DNA from: Planctomycetota bacterium
GTDB taxonomy: Bacteria; Planctomycetota; PLA2; JAEUHO01
Assembly: GCA_965222115.1 (NCBI GenBank)
Contig: CBDCTJ010000007.1
Span: forward strand, 448,001 to 512,000
Reading direction: 5' to 3'
DNA: 64,000 nt
The notes under the pieces were generated by a model. It was not told the DNA's origin and made no database searches. It saw only the letters and a program-made list of their open reading frames with translations. This document shows, piece after piece, positions 40,237 to 50,225 of the stretch. The stretch's first letter is position 1, and the number at the start of each line of letters is the position of its first letter. A program made the position numbers and the translations under genes.

Positions 40237-40746
40237 CTACATATAGCCGGGCTTGCTCCCTTCTAGCGGGACAAAGAACCAGGTACCGACGAGCAGCGCG
40301 GCGACCGCAATCCAGGTAAACGTGCCGAGGTCGGACGCGATCATCGTGCCGTAGGTGTCCTCCGCCCAAGCGGCGATTCGCTCGCGCTTGAGCATCGAGT
40401 CGAGGATGTCCGCGGACTGTAGTTCGTGAGAGACGCGAACGGCTCGTCGTATGAGACGAATGAACAGACTCGCCATGCACACCGGCACAGCGATCAGAAT
40501 CACTCGATCACACAGTAGTCGCCACGATTCGGGCCGGAAATCGACGTCCGGATTCCATGGCTTGACAAGCGTAACCACAACGAGCAGCGCGAATACAGCG
40601 AAGATGATAAGCGAAGGATAGGCGAAGCGCGAACCCAGAGCGATCCAGCCATAGATCAACACACCCACCATGATGACAAGTTGAAGCGCGGCCATCGTCA
40701 ACACGTGACGTTCGATTCGTTCCCGAAGCCAGTCAAGGGTACTCAT
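40237..40746 (-). CDS. Hypothetical 4-TM membrane protein
   Basis: GAGGTGGAG upstream; four hydrophobic segments. Confidence 0.6.
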   Translation of the reverse strand: MSTLDWLRERIERHVLTMAALQLVIMVGVLIYGWIALGSRFAYPSLIIFAVFALLVVVTLVKPWNPDVDFRPESWRLLCDRVILIAVPVCMASLFIRLIRRAVRVSHELQSADILDSMLKRERIAAWAEDTYGTMIASDLGTFTWIAVAALLVGTWFFVPLEGSKPGYM

Positions 40747-40830
40747 TTGCTCGCCGTGTGCTCCACCTCAGGCTCACAAGATTCACTAGCATACACAGGT
40801 AGGAGCCGCGCGCCGGAGCGCCGCGAATCG

Positions 40831-41085
40831 CTACGTCTTCTTGTTGCCGGCTTCAACGCGCATGGCTGCCCAACGAATGAGGCCAATGAGCACAAGCAGA
40901 AAACCGGCGCCCGAAGTAAGCCCGATAATCATGCCCGCGATCGGAATGTTCGAGTCTGGCGCAAGCCACATGAGCACGCCTGTCCAGAAACCGGCAATGC
41001 CGACGAGCAGCAGACCTAACGATATCGTCTTGCGGGCCGATGGAGCGTCTTGAATCATGTCGTGCTCGCCCATGTGATAGCTCAT
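40831..41085 (-). CDS. Small 2-TM membrane protein
   Basis: Two hydrophobic helices; start uncertain. Confidence 0.5.
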   Translation of the reverse strand: MSYHMGEHDMIQDAPSARKTISLGLLLVGIAGFWTGVLMWLAPDSNIPIAGMIIGLTSGAGFLLVLIGLIRWAAMRVEAGNKKT

Positions 41086-41174
41086 GACTGCAAGGTACGA
41101 AGCGTCCTTCTTGTTGCGGTGCGGCCGAACCGTACGGCCACTGAATGTACCTTTCTAGCGCCACGTCTCAAACA

Positions 41175-41762
41175 TCAATGGTCTCCATACAGAAGCGCAT
41201 CCAACGACACGCGAACCACCTTGCGGCGGGCGCTCTTGGATGTGCCACTTAACGCCAACACGCCAAGACCCTGCAACGCCATATTCAGATACCGCGAAGC
41301 CGTCTTGGGGTCGTCGCAACGGAGCTCACCTCGATCGTTCGCATTCGCAATCGCCCTTTGAAACAACGTCTCGAGGCGCCTCATGTGTGCTCGGGCAATA
41401 CGAATCGCCTCCGCACCGACCTGTCTCCCATTTACGCATGTTTGCGTGACCAAGCAGGGCGCTGCGCTCTCGTCCATGGAGGCCACGATCATCTCAAAGA
41501 ACGCCTCGATGGCTCCGAACGAAGCATCGGGATGAGCGAGTGCATGAAACGCCGCCTGTGTCTCTGCACAGTAGTGTTCCAGCGCTCGTAAATACAACGA
41601 TTCTTTGTTGCCGAATGCGTTGTAGATGCTCTGCTCGCCCATCTGCATGGCGTTGCTGAGTATCTGCATCGACGTCGCTTTGAACCCACATTCGCGAAAC
41701 ACCAGCGCGGCAGCTGAGAGCGCCTGATGCTCGTCGAAATGTCTGGGGCGTCCGACAGTCAT
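41175..41762 (-). CDS. TetR/AcrR family regulator
   Basis: GRPRHFDE...FRECGFKATS...SIYNAFGNKESLY HTH. Confidence 0.9.
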   Translation of the reverse strand: MTVGRPRHFDEHQALSAAALVFRECGFKATSMQILSNAMQMGEQSIYNAFGNKESLYLRALEHYCAETQAAFHALAHPDASFGAIEAFFEMIVASMDESAAPCLVTQTCVNGRQVGAEAIRIARAHMRRLETLFQRAIANANDRGELRCDDPKTASRYLNMALQGLGVLALSGTSKSARRKVVRVSLDALLYGDH

Positions 41763-41802
41763 AAGGCCCTAGTGTCATACGCGAAACCCACTTGGCAACG
41801 CA

Positions 41803-41824
41803 TTATTGAATATTTGCTCAATAA
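41803..41824. promoter_or_regulatory. Probable TetR operator
   Basis: Inverted repeat TTATTGA-N8-TCAATAA in the AT-rich divergent intergenic region. Confidence 0.65.
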
Positions 41825-41897
41825 ATACTTGTTCCAGAGCGAAGCCACTCGAAGATGACGAATCAATCGGATGCCGTGCGCCGTATTTGGAGCAGCC

Positions 41898-43445
41898 ATG
41901 GACGAGCCTGTCGTAGCGGCGCTAAAGCCACAAGCTGTCGAACTTGAGTCCGGCAAGACGTACGCGTGGTGCGCGTGCGGAAGAACAGGCGCTCAGCCCT
42001 TCTGCGATGGCAGTCACGCCGGCACCGGCATGAAGCCCAAGGTCTTCAAGGTCGAAGAAGCAAAGACTGGGTATGTGTGCATGTGTCGGCAAACCGGATC
42101 ACCGCCATTTTGCGACGGGTCTCACGCGCAACTCTCCGAACGTGACATCGGGTCCGAGCGCACACGGGCGGTCGCTGCCGGTGAGGTGCCGCCTGCCAAA
42201 CCTACGCCTGAAGAGCCAACGGTTGCCTATATCCACGAACTGGCGCGCGACGGCCTGACAAAGCTCGGGCATCACGGACCCATGGCGGCAATGGGTGTTC
42301 CGCGAAAGGACCTTCCTCATTGGGATGACATCCAGATCATGGTCGCCCAACTCGCACGCAAACCGTTGCTTGACGATGCTTCAGTTGGCACTGAACTCGT
42401 TGTTGGGCCAGAAGCCAAGAAGCCGCTCACACTTTCCATACCACTCTTCGTGTCGGACATGAGTTTCGGCGCGCTCTCCGAAGAGGCCAAGGTGGCACTA
42501 GCAAAGGGTGCTGACCTAGCAGGTACCGGAATTTGTTCGGGCGAGGGTGGCATGTTGCCCGACGAGCAAGAAGCGAATCGCCGATACTTCTACGAACTTG
42601 CTTCGGCTGGCTTTGGCTACTCCGACGATCTACTTTCGCGCGTTCAGGCATTTCACTTCAAGGGCGGCCAGGGTGCGAAGACGGGAACAGGCGGTCACTT
42701 GCCTGCGGAAAAGAACGTGGGACGAATATCGGAGGTGCGCGGCATTCCCGAGGGCACCGCAGCCATCTCGCCAGCCACCTTCAAGAATCTCACAACCGTT
42801 TCAGACTTTCGCGCGTTCGGAGACCGTGTTCGCGCGCTCACGGGCGGCATTCCCATTGGCTTTAAGTTGTCCGCCAACCACATTGAACACGACATAGACT
42901 TCGCACTGGACGCCGGTGCCGACTACATCATTCTCGATGGGCGCGGAGGCGGCACAGGCGCAGCCCCCTTGTTGTTTCGTAACAACATCTCAGTACCAAC
43001 GATTCCTGCCCTGGCCCGTGCAAGGCGACATCTCGACGCACGCGGCACTAGTGGACGCGTCACATTGATCATCACCGGCGGTCTTCGCGTGCCCGCTGAC
43101 TTCGTAAAGGCCCTGGCGCTCGGTGCCGACGGAATCGCACTTGCCAACTCGGCGATGCAAGCAGTCGGCTGCATTGGTGCGCGTATATGCAACACGAATA
43201 CCTGCCCCGCCGGCATTGCAACGCAAGATCCAGAACTTCGCAAGCGAATGAATGTGGACGAAGGTGCCCGGAAACTAAGCAACTTCTTCCACGCTGCAAC
43301 CGAACTCATGCAAGTTCTTGCCCGTGCTTGTGGACACAACCACTTGCGCGAGTTCAATCCCAATGATCTCGCCACGTGGGATCGTGCTATGGCCGATCTC
43401 AGCGGGATTCGTTTCGCAGGCGTGTCGCCTACGACTTCCTTGTAA
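41898..43445 (+). CDS. CDGSH iron-sulfur / FMN-binding glutamate synthase family fusion
   Basis: Two C-x-C...PFCDGSH motifs; MSFGALS, SGEGG, GQGAKTGTGGHLP, DGRGGGTGA, GCIGARICNTNTCPAGIATQ. Confidence 0.9.
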   Translation: MDEPVVAALKPQAVELESGKTYAWCACGRTGAQPFCDGSHAGTGMKPKVFKVEEAKTGYVCMCRQTGSPPFCDGSHAQLSERDIGSERTRAVAAGEVPPAKPTPEEPTVAYIHELARDGLTKLGHHGPMAAMGVPRKDLPHWDDIQIMVAQLARKPLLDDASVGTELVVGPEAKKPLTLSIPLFVSDMSFGALSEEAKVALAKGADLAGTGICSGEGGMLPDEQEANRRYFYELASAGFGYSDDLLSRVQAFHFKGGQGAKTGTGGHLPAEKNVGRISEVRGIPEGTAAISPATFKNLTTVSDFRAFGDRVRALTGGIPIGFKLSANHIEHDIDFALDAGADYIILDGRGGGTGAAPLLFRNNISVPTIPALARARRHLDARGTSGRVTLIITGGLRVPADFVKALALGADGIALANSAMQAVGCIGARICNTNTCPAGIATQDPELRKRMNVDEGARKLSNFFHAATELMQVLARACGHNHLREFNPNDLATWDRAMADLSGIRFAGVSPTTSL

Positions 43446-43548
43446 CCACTCGTTGCTACGCTTGCGCCTTGCAGGCGCAAGCGCGCATCGCTCAACGCCC
43501 GTACATGCAAGACAAACATCCATACCAAACCCAAAGAATGGAATAGAC

Positions 43549-43944
43549 ATGCTCAACAAGAACTGTGATGACTGCGGCAAACTACTGCTTCGGCTGACCG
43601 TCGGTGGCCTCATGCTCTTTCACGGCGTCGCCAAAGTGCAACATGGCCTGGCACCCATCGAAGGCATGCTGGATGCCAAAGGGCTACCAACGTTCTTGGC
43701 GTACGGTGCGTACGTGGGGGAACTGGTAGCGCCGCTGCTCATCATCGTTGGACTGTTTTCGCGATTCGCCTCGCTCGCCCTCATTGGCAACATGATCATG
43801 GCTATCGTACTCGCGCACACAAGCCACTTCTTTGCGTTAGATGGGCACGGCGGCTGGTCCGTTGAACTCCCCATGTTCTTCTTGCTGGGTGCTGCATGCA
43901 TTACGTTACTGGGATCGGGGCGCTACGCCATAAAGCCCGACTAA
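43549..43944 (+). CDS. DoxX family membrane protein
   Basis: GKLLLRLTVGGLMLFHGVAK...GELVAPLLIIVG...GSGRY. Confidence 0.9.
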   Translation: MLNKNCDDCGKLLLRLTVGGLMLFHGVAKVQHGLAPIEGMLDAKGLPTFLAYGAYVGELVAPLLIIVGLFSRFASLALIGNMIMAIVLAHTSHFFALDGHGGWSVELPMFFLLGAACITLLGSGRYAIKPD

Positions 43945-44052
43945 GCGCACCTCACGCATGCTGGAACGCATCCGGTGATTACGTATCACGCGATTCCTCT
44001 TCGCTGGGTTCTTCGAATCGATGAAAAGCAAATTTTGTTTCTTATCTCACGC

Positions 44053-44619
44053 CTAAACATCGGAATCGTCGTCAAACAGCGCAATGAGCACCCTTGCCGC
44101 CGCGCGATAGATCGGACTGGTCGAGAGGCTGCGAGTCTTTTCGGCAAACGATGGCGCCCAGTCCTCTAGAAGGGCGCGAGCCCTAGCATGGAGATCACCC
44201 GACGCGTCGATCTGACCCGCGGCCGCGCAGAGTGAAAGCAGCATACCCACGTGGTCGGATGGCGCGTTGCCCATGCCGGCGTCGATAGGTTCCAATCGCA
44301 ATGCAGCGTATAGCGAGGAGATCTCGTGGTTGAGCGCGGCGCGTACCGCACCGTCATCGCCCGATTTCCATGCAGCGGCGTAAGGCGAGGCGCCCCCCGG
44401 CAACAGAAACAAGCGCGCATACTCCGCCGCATGGTCATCGAATGTGGCTTCGTCCCACGATGCGGGGTCAATAAAACGTTCAAACTCAAGTTCTAGCGTC
44501 TCAAAGACTTCAACAACGCGTGGCTCTGCCAAGGCGCGTAGCAGCGCGGCATCGACTTCTTTCAAGAAAATGCGCGCAAGCAACGCTTCGACGGCGTTCA
44601 ACGAGGTCGATGGTTCCAT
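44053..44619 (-). CDS. TorD/DmsD family molybdoenzyme maturation chaperone
   Basis: EYARLF..PG..PY...SDH..W pattern; directly downstream of the Tat molybdoenzyme. Confidence 0.8.
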   Translation of the reverse strand: MEPSTSLNAVEALLARIFLKEVDAALLRALAEPRVVEVFETLELEFERFIDPASWDEATFDDHAAEYARLFLLPGGASPYAAAWKSGDDGAVRAALNHEISSLYAALRLEPIDAGMGNAPSDHVGMLLSLCAAAGQIDASGDLHARARALLEDWAPSFAEKTRSLSTSPIYRAAARVLIALFDDDSDV

Positions 44620-44630
44620 GTCAAAGCCGG

Positions 44631-47336
44631 TCAAACCTTTCGAATCGTGGCCACGTTGTCGTACCAGTTTTGGCCACCCACCAACGGTGCGGGGTTAATG
44701 GGCAAGACGTCGTTGATGTGAACGCCGTGACCGGGGCCGTCCTGTTCCGTTGCCCACCAAACGTTCTTTGGTAGATCACGATCGGCGAGGACCTTATGGT
44801 CGGCCCCGGGATCGCTTGCACCGGACTTGCCGCGACCCACGGACCCATGTTCCCAATGCCCCAGATGGTGCGAGCAACATATAACGCGCGGATGAACGCC
44901 TTCTAGCAGCCGCACGGCTTGCTTAAAGGTGCCAACGGGTTTGGCTTCGTTGGCGCGATAGGTATTGCCCTGCGGCCGCTTCACCGTAACCTCGATCATG
45001 TCGCCGTTCTTAATGCCCAAGCGCTTACCCGTACTGGGATGCATGTAAATGGGGTTGGCGTGAACGATCTCGGTTTGATGCTTCCAGTATCCGCTGCGCC
45101 CTTGCGTGTGCACATTCCACTTAAAGGTCGTAAAGACCAGCTCGTTGTCTTTCAAGGTATCGAGTTCGGGTACGGGGAACCACGTAGGCAACGCGGCGCC
45201 ATGGGGATCGCCGTCGGGTAGTCCTACCGCCTTAGCCGCCACCTCAAAGATTGGATCAAACACGTTGATCTTCCGCGTGGGTGTGGGGAAACCCTGCACC
45301 GCTTTGCCATCTTGCATAATGCCAATCGCGGACCGCTTTCCCTTTACCTCCTTGTAGATGATGCCACTCGCTTGATCGACGGTGGAGCCTTCAAGGGCAC
45401 TCTTCGCGACAGGCCGCTCGTAGAGCTCGTAGTCCTTTTGGCGCTTGGGGTCATGCCAAATGCCGCGGGCCTTGAAGGCGTCCCAGCCCCCGTCCACACG
45501 TGCCCAGACGTTCTTGTACCACTCCTTGTAAAAGCCCTCGAGCCCTGCCGCCGTTGGCTCGAAGTCAAAGTACTTGGCCATGTCGTCACCGATCATGTGC
45601 GCCCAGTCACGCAACATACGCTGAACGCTGCGCGCCTCACCGAGGGGCTTGCTGAGGGGCTGGCGAATGCCCGTATACGGAATCAGTTCGTGACAGTTTT
45701 GCGAGTGGGCATCCCAGCGCTCAAGACTCGTGGCATCGGGCAAAATCAAGTCGGCCAGCTTGGCCTGTTCGCTGTAGTTGATGTCGATACACACGTGGTA
45801 GGGAATGAGCGACTCGTCGAGCAGCACCTCGCGCGCAAGACTCGCTTCTGGGTACCCGTAGGCCGCCCCGTAGGTGAAGCTCATGTAGAGGCCGACTTTG
45901 GCGCGTCCCTCTTTGATGTAGTGATGGATGAGTTGTCCTACGCGCATGGCGTACCAATGCCAAGCGAGCGGATACTCCGAGGGTGTGTTGAGTTCGCCTG
46001 TGTACTTCTTGCGCCACATAGCAGGCAAGCGCTTAACGCGCTCTTTGATGGCCGACGGCAACTCCTCGAACTGTGGCGTGCCATCGGCGTAGGCCTTCGG
46101 CGAGGGCGGCTTGGGGCCCGGAATCTTGATCGCGGGAAGTCCATCCTGACCGTACTTGCCGCCCCACATCCGCAGGGAACTCAGGCAGAATCCGCCCGGC
46201 TTGCCTACATTGCCTACCAACACATCAAGCAGTCGAATGCCGCGGTCGGCTTGTACGCCGTTGTAATGTTTGGCCGACCCACGGTTGGACATCGTGCAGC
46301 AACGAGGTGCCGCTTTGGCAAACTCGCGTGCGATGCGCCGAATGTCGTCGGCGGGCACCCCCGACTTTTTGGCAGCCCATTCCGGCGTGTACTTGTGAGT
46401 GTCAACGATGTGCTTCTTGACGTCTTCAATCGGGATGTTGACCCACCGTTTCCAGAACCGGGGATTGTAGAGGCCCTCGCTAAGAACCACGTAGCACATG
46501 GCAAAGGCAATGCACCCGTCGGTCCCGGGCATGACGGGGAAATACTCGTCAGACACCGACGCCGTGGCGCTAGGCCGGACTTCAAACGTCACCATGCGCG
46601 CGCCGTGATCGACGCGGGCGTCTTGAACGCGCCCCGCCAGGAACATGCCGCCTTGGTAGGCCTCCATGGGATTGGCGCCAAAGTTCACGATGTACTTCGT
46701 GTTGGCAACGTCCTGCGTTTCCCATTCAAAGTCGCGCCCGTAGAAGCTCATCAGCGGGGCGCGTCGGTTGGAGGAACAGATGGAGCGCCGATTCACACGG
46801 TTCGGTGTGCCATAGGCTTTGCAAAAGTGTGAGGTAAAGCCCTTGGTCTTGTCGCGGCCGTAGTGAAAGACAAAGCGCTCCGGATGGCCGCTCTCGCGAA
46901 TCGTCTTGAGGCGCGTGGCGACTTCCTTGTTGGCTTCGTCCCACGAAACTCGCTTCCACTTGCCTTCGCCACGCTTGCCTACGCGCTTCATGGGATAGAG
47001 CACGCGATCGGGGTAATAGGTGTAGGAGATCATGGCGTTGGCCTTGCCACAGATCTTGCCACGCGCATTGATGTCGAGGGGGTTGCCTTCAATGCGACGC
47101 ACAACACCGTCTTGTACCCAACCAATCACGCCGCAGTGTGTCGTACACCCAAAACAGATCGTGGGCGTGGCTTTGGCCTTCCTGTAGTCGAGCGGGCGCT
47201 TGCGGTCGGGGCCAGCGTCCGGCTGTTCTTCCGCATGAGCGATGCGAAACACGGGCAGCGCCGCGCCGGCAGCCATGGCGGCAGACGCACCCAGTGCAAG
47301 CTTCATAAGATCACGTCGAGAAACAGAGCGCGCCAT
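44631..47336 (-). CDS. Tat-exported Mo-bisPGD oxidoreductase catalytic subunit (Psr/Ttr/Arr-like clade)
   Basis: SRRDLMK Tat motif; CFGCTTHC...C 4Fe-4S; RVGKRGEGKW; SIC probable Mo ligand; ADLILPD; C-terminal dinucleotide-binding domain. Confidence 0.9.
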   Translation of the reverse strand: MARSVSRRDLMKLALGASAAMAAGAALPVFRIAHAEEQPDAGPDRKRPLDYRKAKATPTICFGCTTHCGVIGWVQDGVVRRIEGNPLDINARGKICGKANAMISYTYYPDRVLYPMKRVGKRGEGKWKRVSWDEANKEVATRLKTIRESGHPERFVFHYGRDKTKGFTSHFCKAYGTPNRVNRRSICSSNRRAPLMSFYGRDFEWETQDVANTKYIVNFGANPMEAYQGGMFLAGRVQDARVDHGARMVTFEVRPSATASVSDEYFPVMPGTDGCIAFAMCYVVLSEGLYNPRFWKRWVNIPIEDVKKHIVDTHKYTPEWAAKKSGVPADDIRRIAREFAKAAPRCCTMSNRGSAKHYNGVQADRGIRLLDVLVGNVGKPGGFCLSSLRMWGGKYGQDGLPAIKIPGPKPPSPKAYADGTPQFEELPSAIKERVKRLPAMWRKKYTGELNTPSEYPLAWHWYAMRVGQLIHHYIKEGRAKVGLYMSFTYGAAYGYPEASLAREVLLDESLIPYHVCIDINYSEQAKLADLILPDATSLERWDAHSQNCHELIPYTGIRQPLSKPLGEARSVQRMLRDWAHMIGDDMAKYFDFEPTAAGLEGFYKEWYKNVWARVDGGWDAFKARGIWHDPKRQKDYELYERPVAKSALEGSTVDQASGIIYKEVKGKRSAIGIMQDGKAVQGFPTPTRKINVFDPIFEVAAKAVGLPDGDPHGAALPTWFPVPELDTLKDNELVFTTFKWNVHTQGRSGYWKHQTEIVHANPIYMHPSTGKRLGIKNGDMIEVTVKRPQGNTYRANEAKPVGTFKQAVRLLEGVHPRVICCSHHLGHWEHGSVGRGKSGASDPGADHKVLADRDLPKNVWWATEQDGPGHGVHINDVLPINPAPLVGGQNWYDNVATIRKV

Positions 47337-47338
47337 CG

Positions 47339-48007
47339 TTAGTCTGCCCTCTTTTGCACATAGATGAGTTCGTCTTCGTCCGGATGCAGTTGGACGCCAC
47401 CTTGAATGCCCTTCTCAACCGAGGGCTGTAGACCGATGTAACGCACCGTGGGTTTGGCGCCAGATTCTTCGCGAAATCCGCGCGCACCGTTGGCTTTAGC
47501 GACCTTGGCAAGTTTGCTTTCGGGATCGCCGAGATCACCGAAACGCAACGTGCCCGATGGGCAGGAAGCCACACACGCGGGATCCAAACCAACCTCAGTG
47601 CGGTGCTGACATAAATCACACTTATCCGCGATGCCTGCAGCGGGATCGAGCTGAATCGCGTCGTACGGGCAGGCCGCAATGCAGTCCATATTGCCGTCGC
47701 ACTTGTCATGCTCAACGACAACGCGTCCGTCGGGCTTCCTCGTCATCGCATCGGTGGGACACGCCGGAATGCACGGGGCATCTTCACAGTGCATGCAGAG
47801 CATAGGAACAAAGGCCAGTTGGGCCGACCCCGGTCGCTCGACGTATCGCACGCGCGTGCGAAACACACCAAGCGCCACATCGTGCTCGGTCTTGCACGAG
47901 ACGCTGCACGCATGGCACCCGATGCATCGCCTCAGATCAATAACCATGCCTGCACGTTTCATGGTGCGAGGTTTCCCGGGCGGTTCCCACGGAAGGGGTT
48001 CAGACAT
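47339..48007 (-). CDS. 4Fe-4S dicluster electron-transfer subunit (DmsB/NrfC/TtrB-like)
   Basis: CIGCHACSVSC, CMHCEDAPCIPACP, CDGNMDCIAACP, KCDLC...PACVASCP; GAGGAG RBS. Confidence 0.9.
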   Translation of the reverse strand: MSEPLPWEPPGKPRTMKRAGMVIDLRRCIGCHACSVSCKTEHDVALGVFRTRVRYVERPGSAQLAFVPMLCMHCEDAPCIPACPTDAMTRKPDGRVVVEHDKCDGNMDCIAACPYDAIQLDPAAGIADKCDLCQHRTEVGLDPACVASCPSGTLRFGDLGDPESKLAKVAKANGARGFREESGAKPTVRYIGLQPSVEKGIQGGVQLHPDEDELIYVQKRAD

Positions 48008-48196
48008 GCGGGCTCCTCACCGAGTGGTAGGACCCCATCATGCGCGCCAACGAAGCAAAACGAAAACCACGTCCAGCACGCCCTTTGGGCCTAAGGCCTG
48101 AGTATTGGTAGATATGATGCAACACCGAACGATCAACGGATTGTTCGATGGGTGCCACAATGCGACGCGGTATCTCATTCGGGTGGCTGTGCGTCA

Positions 48197-50141
48197 CTAC
48201 TTTGCCGACCGCTCCTTCAACTCCACCGTGGAAGGACCGGGTACAGAGAACCTGGCGCTCCTCGTCCCACTGTGTGCCATGTAGTCCCCCGGCGGAATCC
48301 AACGAATGACGGCCGCACCATCCGATACGATCGCTGACCGATGAAAGCTTCTAGCGGAAGAGCGATCTCGATGGCTCACCCAAACATTGCTCGTGGCGTT
48401 GGTAATCGTTACGTCTTGCAATGGAGGAACTGTCAAGCGTATCGCGTTCTTTCCCGATGTTACGGTCGCCCGTTCGCTATGTACTTGTGCCTGCCTCATC
48501 ATTCTACGTCCTGAGCCCATGGAGACGCCCAGCGTGACTTCCCCTGGCTGGAGTCCGCGAATGATGGCCTGACGTTCTTCGTTGCATGATGCCGACTTGG
48601 AATCTAGGTCTCCGGCACGCGCAGAGATGGAAATCGTCTCGCCGTCAAGCTCGGGAATCCCTTCTACCGTGACTATGAGTTCAGCTGTTTCGGCGAATGT
48701 GATTGTGAGATCTTGTCCCTCAAGTCGATCCAACTCGACCCGCTTCTCGCCATACTTCCTGGACGAAGCCTGGATCCACACCTTCGTGTCCTTGTCCGTC
48801 GGAACATCCATGGAGGGCACCACGACTTGCTTGTCACCCACGGGGGCACAGGCGATCGCGCCCCCAGAGCGACCTACAGTGCTGCTCTTGTACCCGGCTC
48901 GAAACGAAACCTTCGGGAGCGGCCTCCCATCGGGGCCCAATGGACACGTATCTATGGGGAGCGAGCTTGGGCACATGGATCGTGTGCCTCGTCACGCCTG
49001 CGTCGAGCTCAATAAGTTCAATAGCTTCAACGACTTGGTGCCCGGGATGGAAATGCCCACCGCGCACAACGCCGATCGCTACGGTTCCCTCCGGCAAATC
49101 GGAAAGCACCGTTTCACGCGACCCTGACCCGCGCCCAAAAGAACGCACATGGCGTGGAGACGTTGCGCGCGCCTGCATCGTTGCCTCGCTCGGCGGCGTT
49201 GACTTCTTCCAGGGGATTGCGATTGGCACGGCCGTACTCTCTTGCCCGTCTGGAAACTTGATGTCGACGATAAGTGTGGGCCTGGCTTCAAGCACGATGC
49301 GAGCGTTTGCTTCTTTCCCCTCTTCGACCACAAACGAGTCGAGTTGACCAACCAACTCCTGATACTCGCCGGCCGTCACCTTGACAGAAAACGTACCTGG
49401 CTTGAGGGTCAACGGAACATTCGCCGAACGCCACTCCAGGTGATGGGTGCTTTCGCCCTTGAGACGTATGGAGGCACGCGTGGGCACTTCGCCCGACGGC
49501 CTTACAAGATCAAATTTGACCTTGGTGACTCGCGCGGCGAGAAACTCAACGTGAGCGCCCACTTCAACGTTGTGCATCATTTGGGATGAAATTCTCCAAC
49601 CCTCAGCAAACGCGCGAAGCGTATGTTTCGCATCGGTCACTCCACGAAGCACAAACGTCCCCGCAGCATCCGTCGTTGCCGACAACTCATGCGATCGCCT
49701 CCTCCGCTCACTTTCCACCAGGGATTCGAACTGCGTCAGTAGCCGCTCTTCCGCGCTCATTTGCTCCCAGTTTTTCCAACGTGCCCGCATGTCATGCGCA
49801 GGATTGGCCGTCACCACGACACCAGGCACCGGATCTCCCGAACTCGTTTTAACAATGCCTGTAATTTCCCCATCGCCTCGTACCGGCTCGTCGGTAGGAA
49901 TCGAACGAATGAGTCCCCGAATGGTACTTGTGTCACCACTGCTGCCCTTGAGTTGCGGTTGATGCAATAAGGGCGCGTCTGTCTTGTCCTCGCCAGACGA
50001 ATCTGAGGGCTCGGTCGTGGACACCAGCTCATCATTCGGAGACGGTGTACGGGTATCGGATGATTGTGAACCAATAAGATAGCCACCGCCAAAGGCAGCA
50101 CCGGCTACAAGCGCCATGACCAGGAGGACGTTGCTTCGCAT
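48197..50141 (-). pseudogene. Anchored carboxypeptidase-regulatory-like protein split by a frameshift near 48940
   Basis: ORF 48834-50141 (AAGGAG RBS, N-terminal TM) loses protein-like character after HRYVS. ORF 48197-48976 continues with LGPDGRPLP in the +1 frame. Confidence 0.6.
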
Positions 50142-50225
50142 TCGACTAGCTCCTTCAGGGCAGTTTATCGAGATACCGAGCCAGCGAGAACCGCGCGATT
50201 CACCTTGGTTCGTGCAACATCCGGG

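Noticed and set aside
45312-46832. Long antisense ORFs (also 12843-14024, 14052-14933, 23711-24565, 12060-12836)
   Set aside because: Shadows of well-supported genes on the opposite strand in high-GC DNA; no protein motifs.
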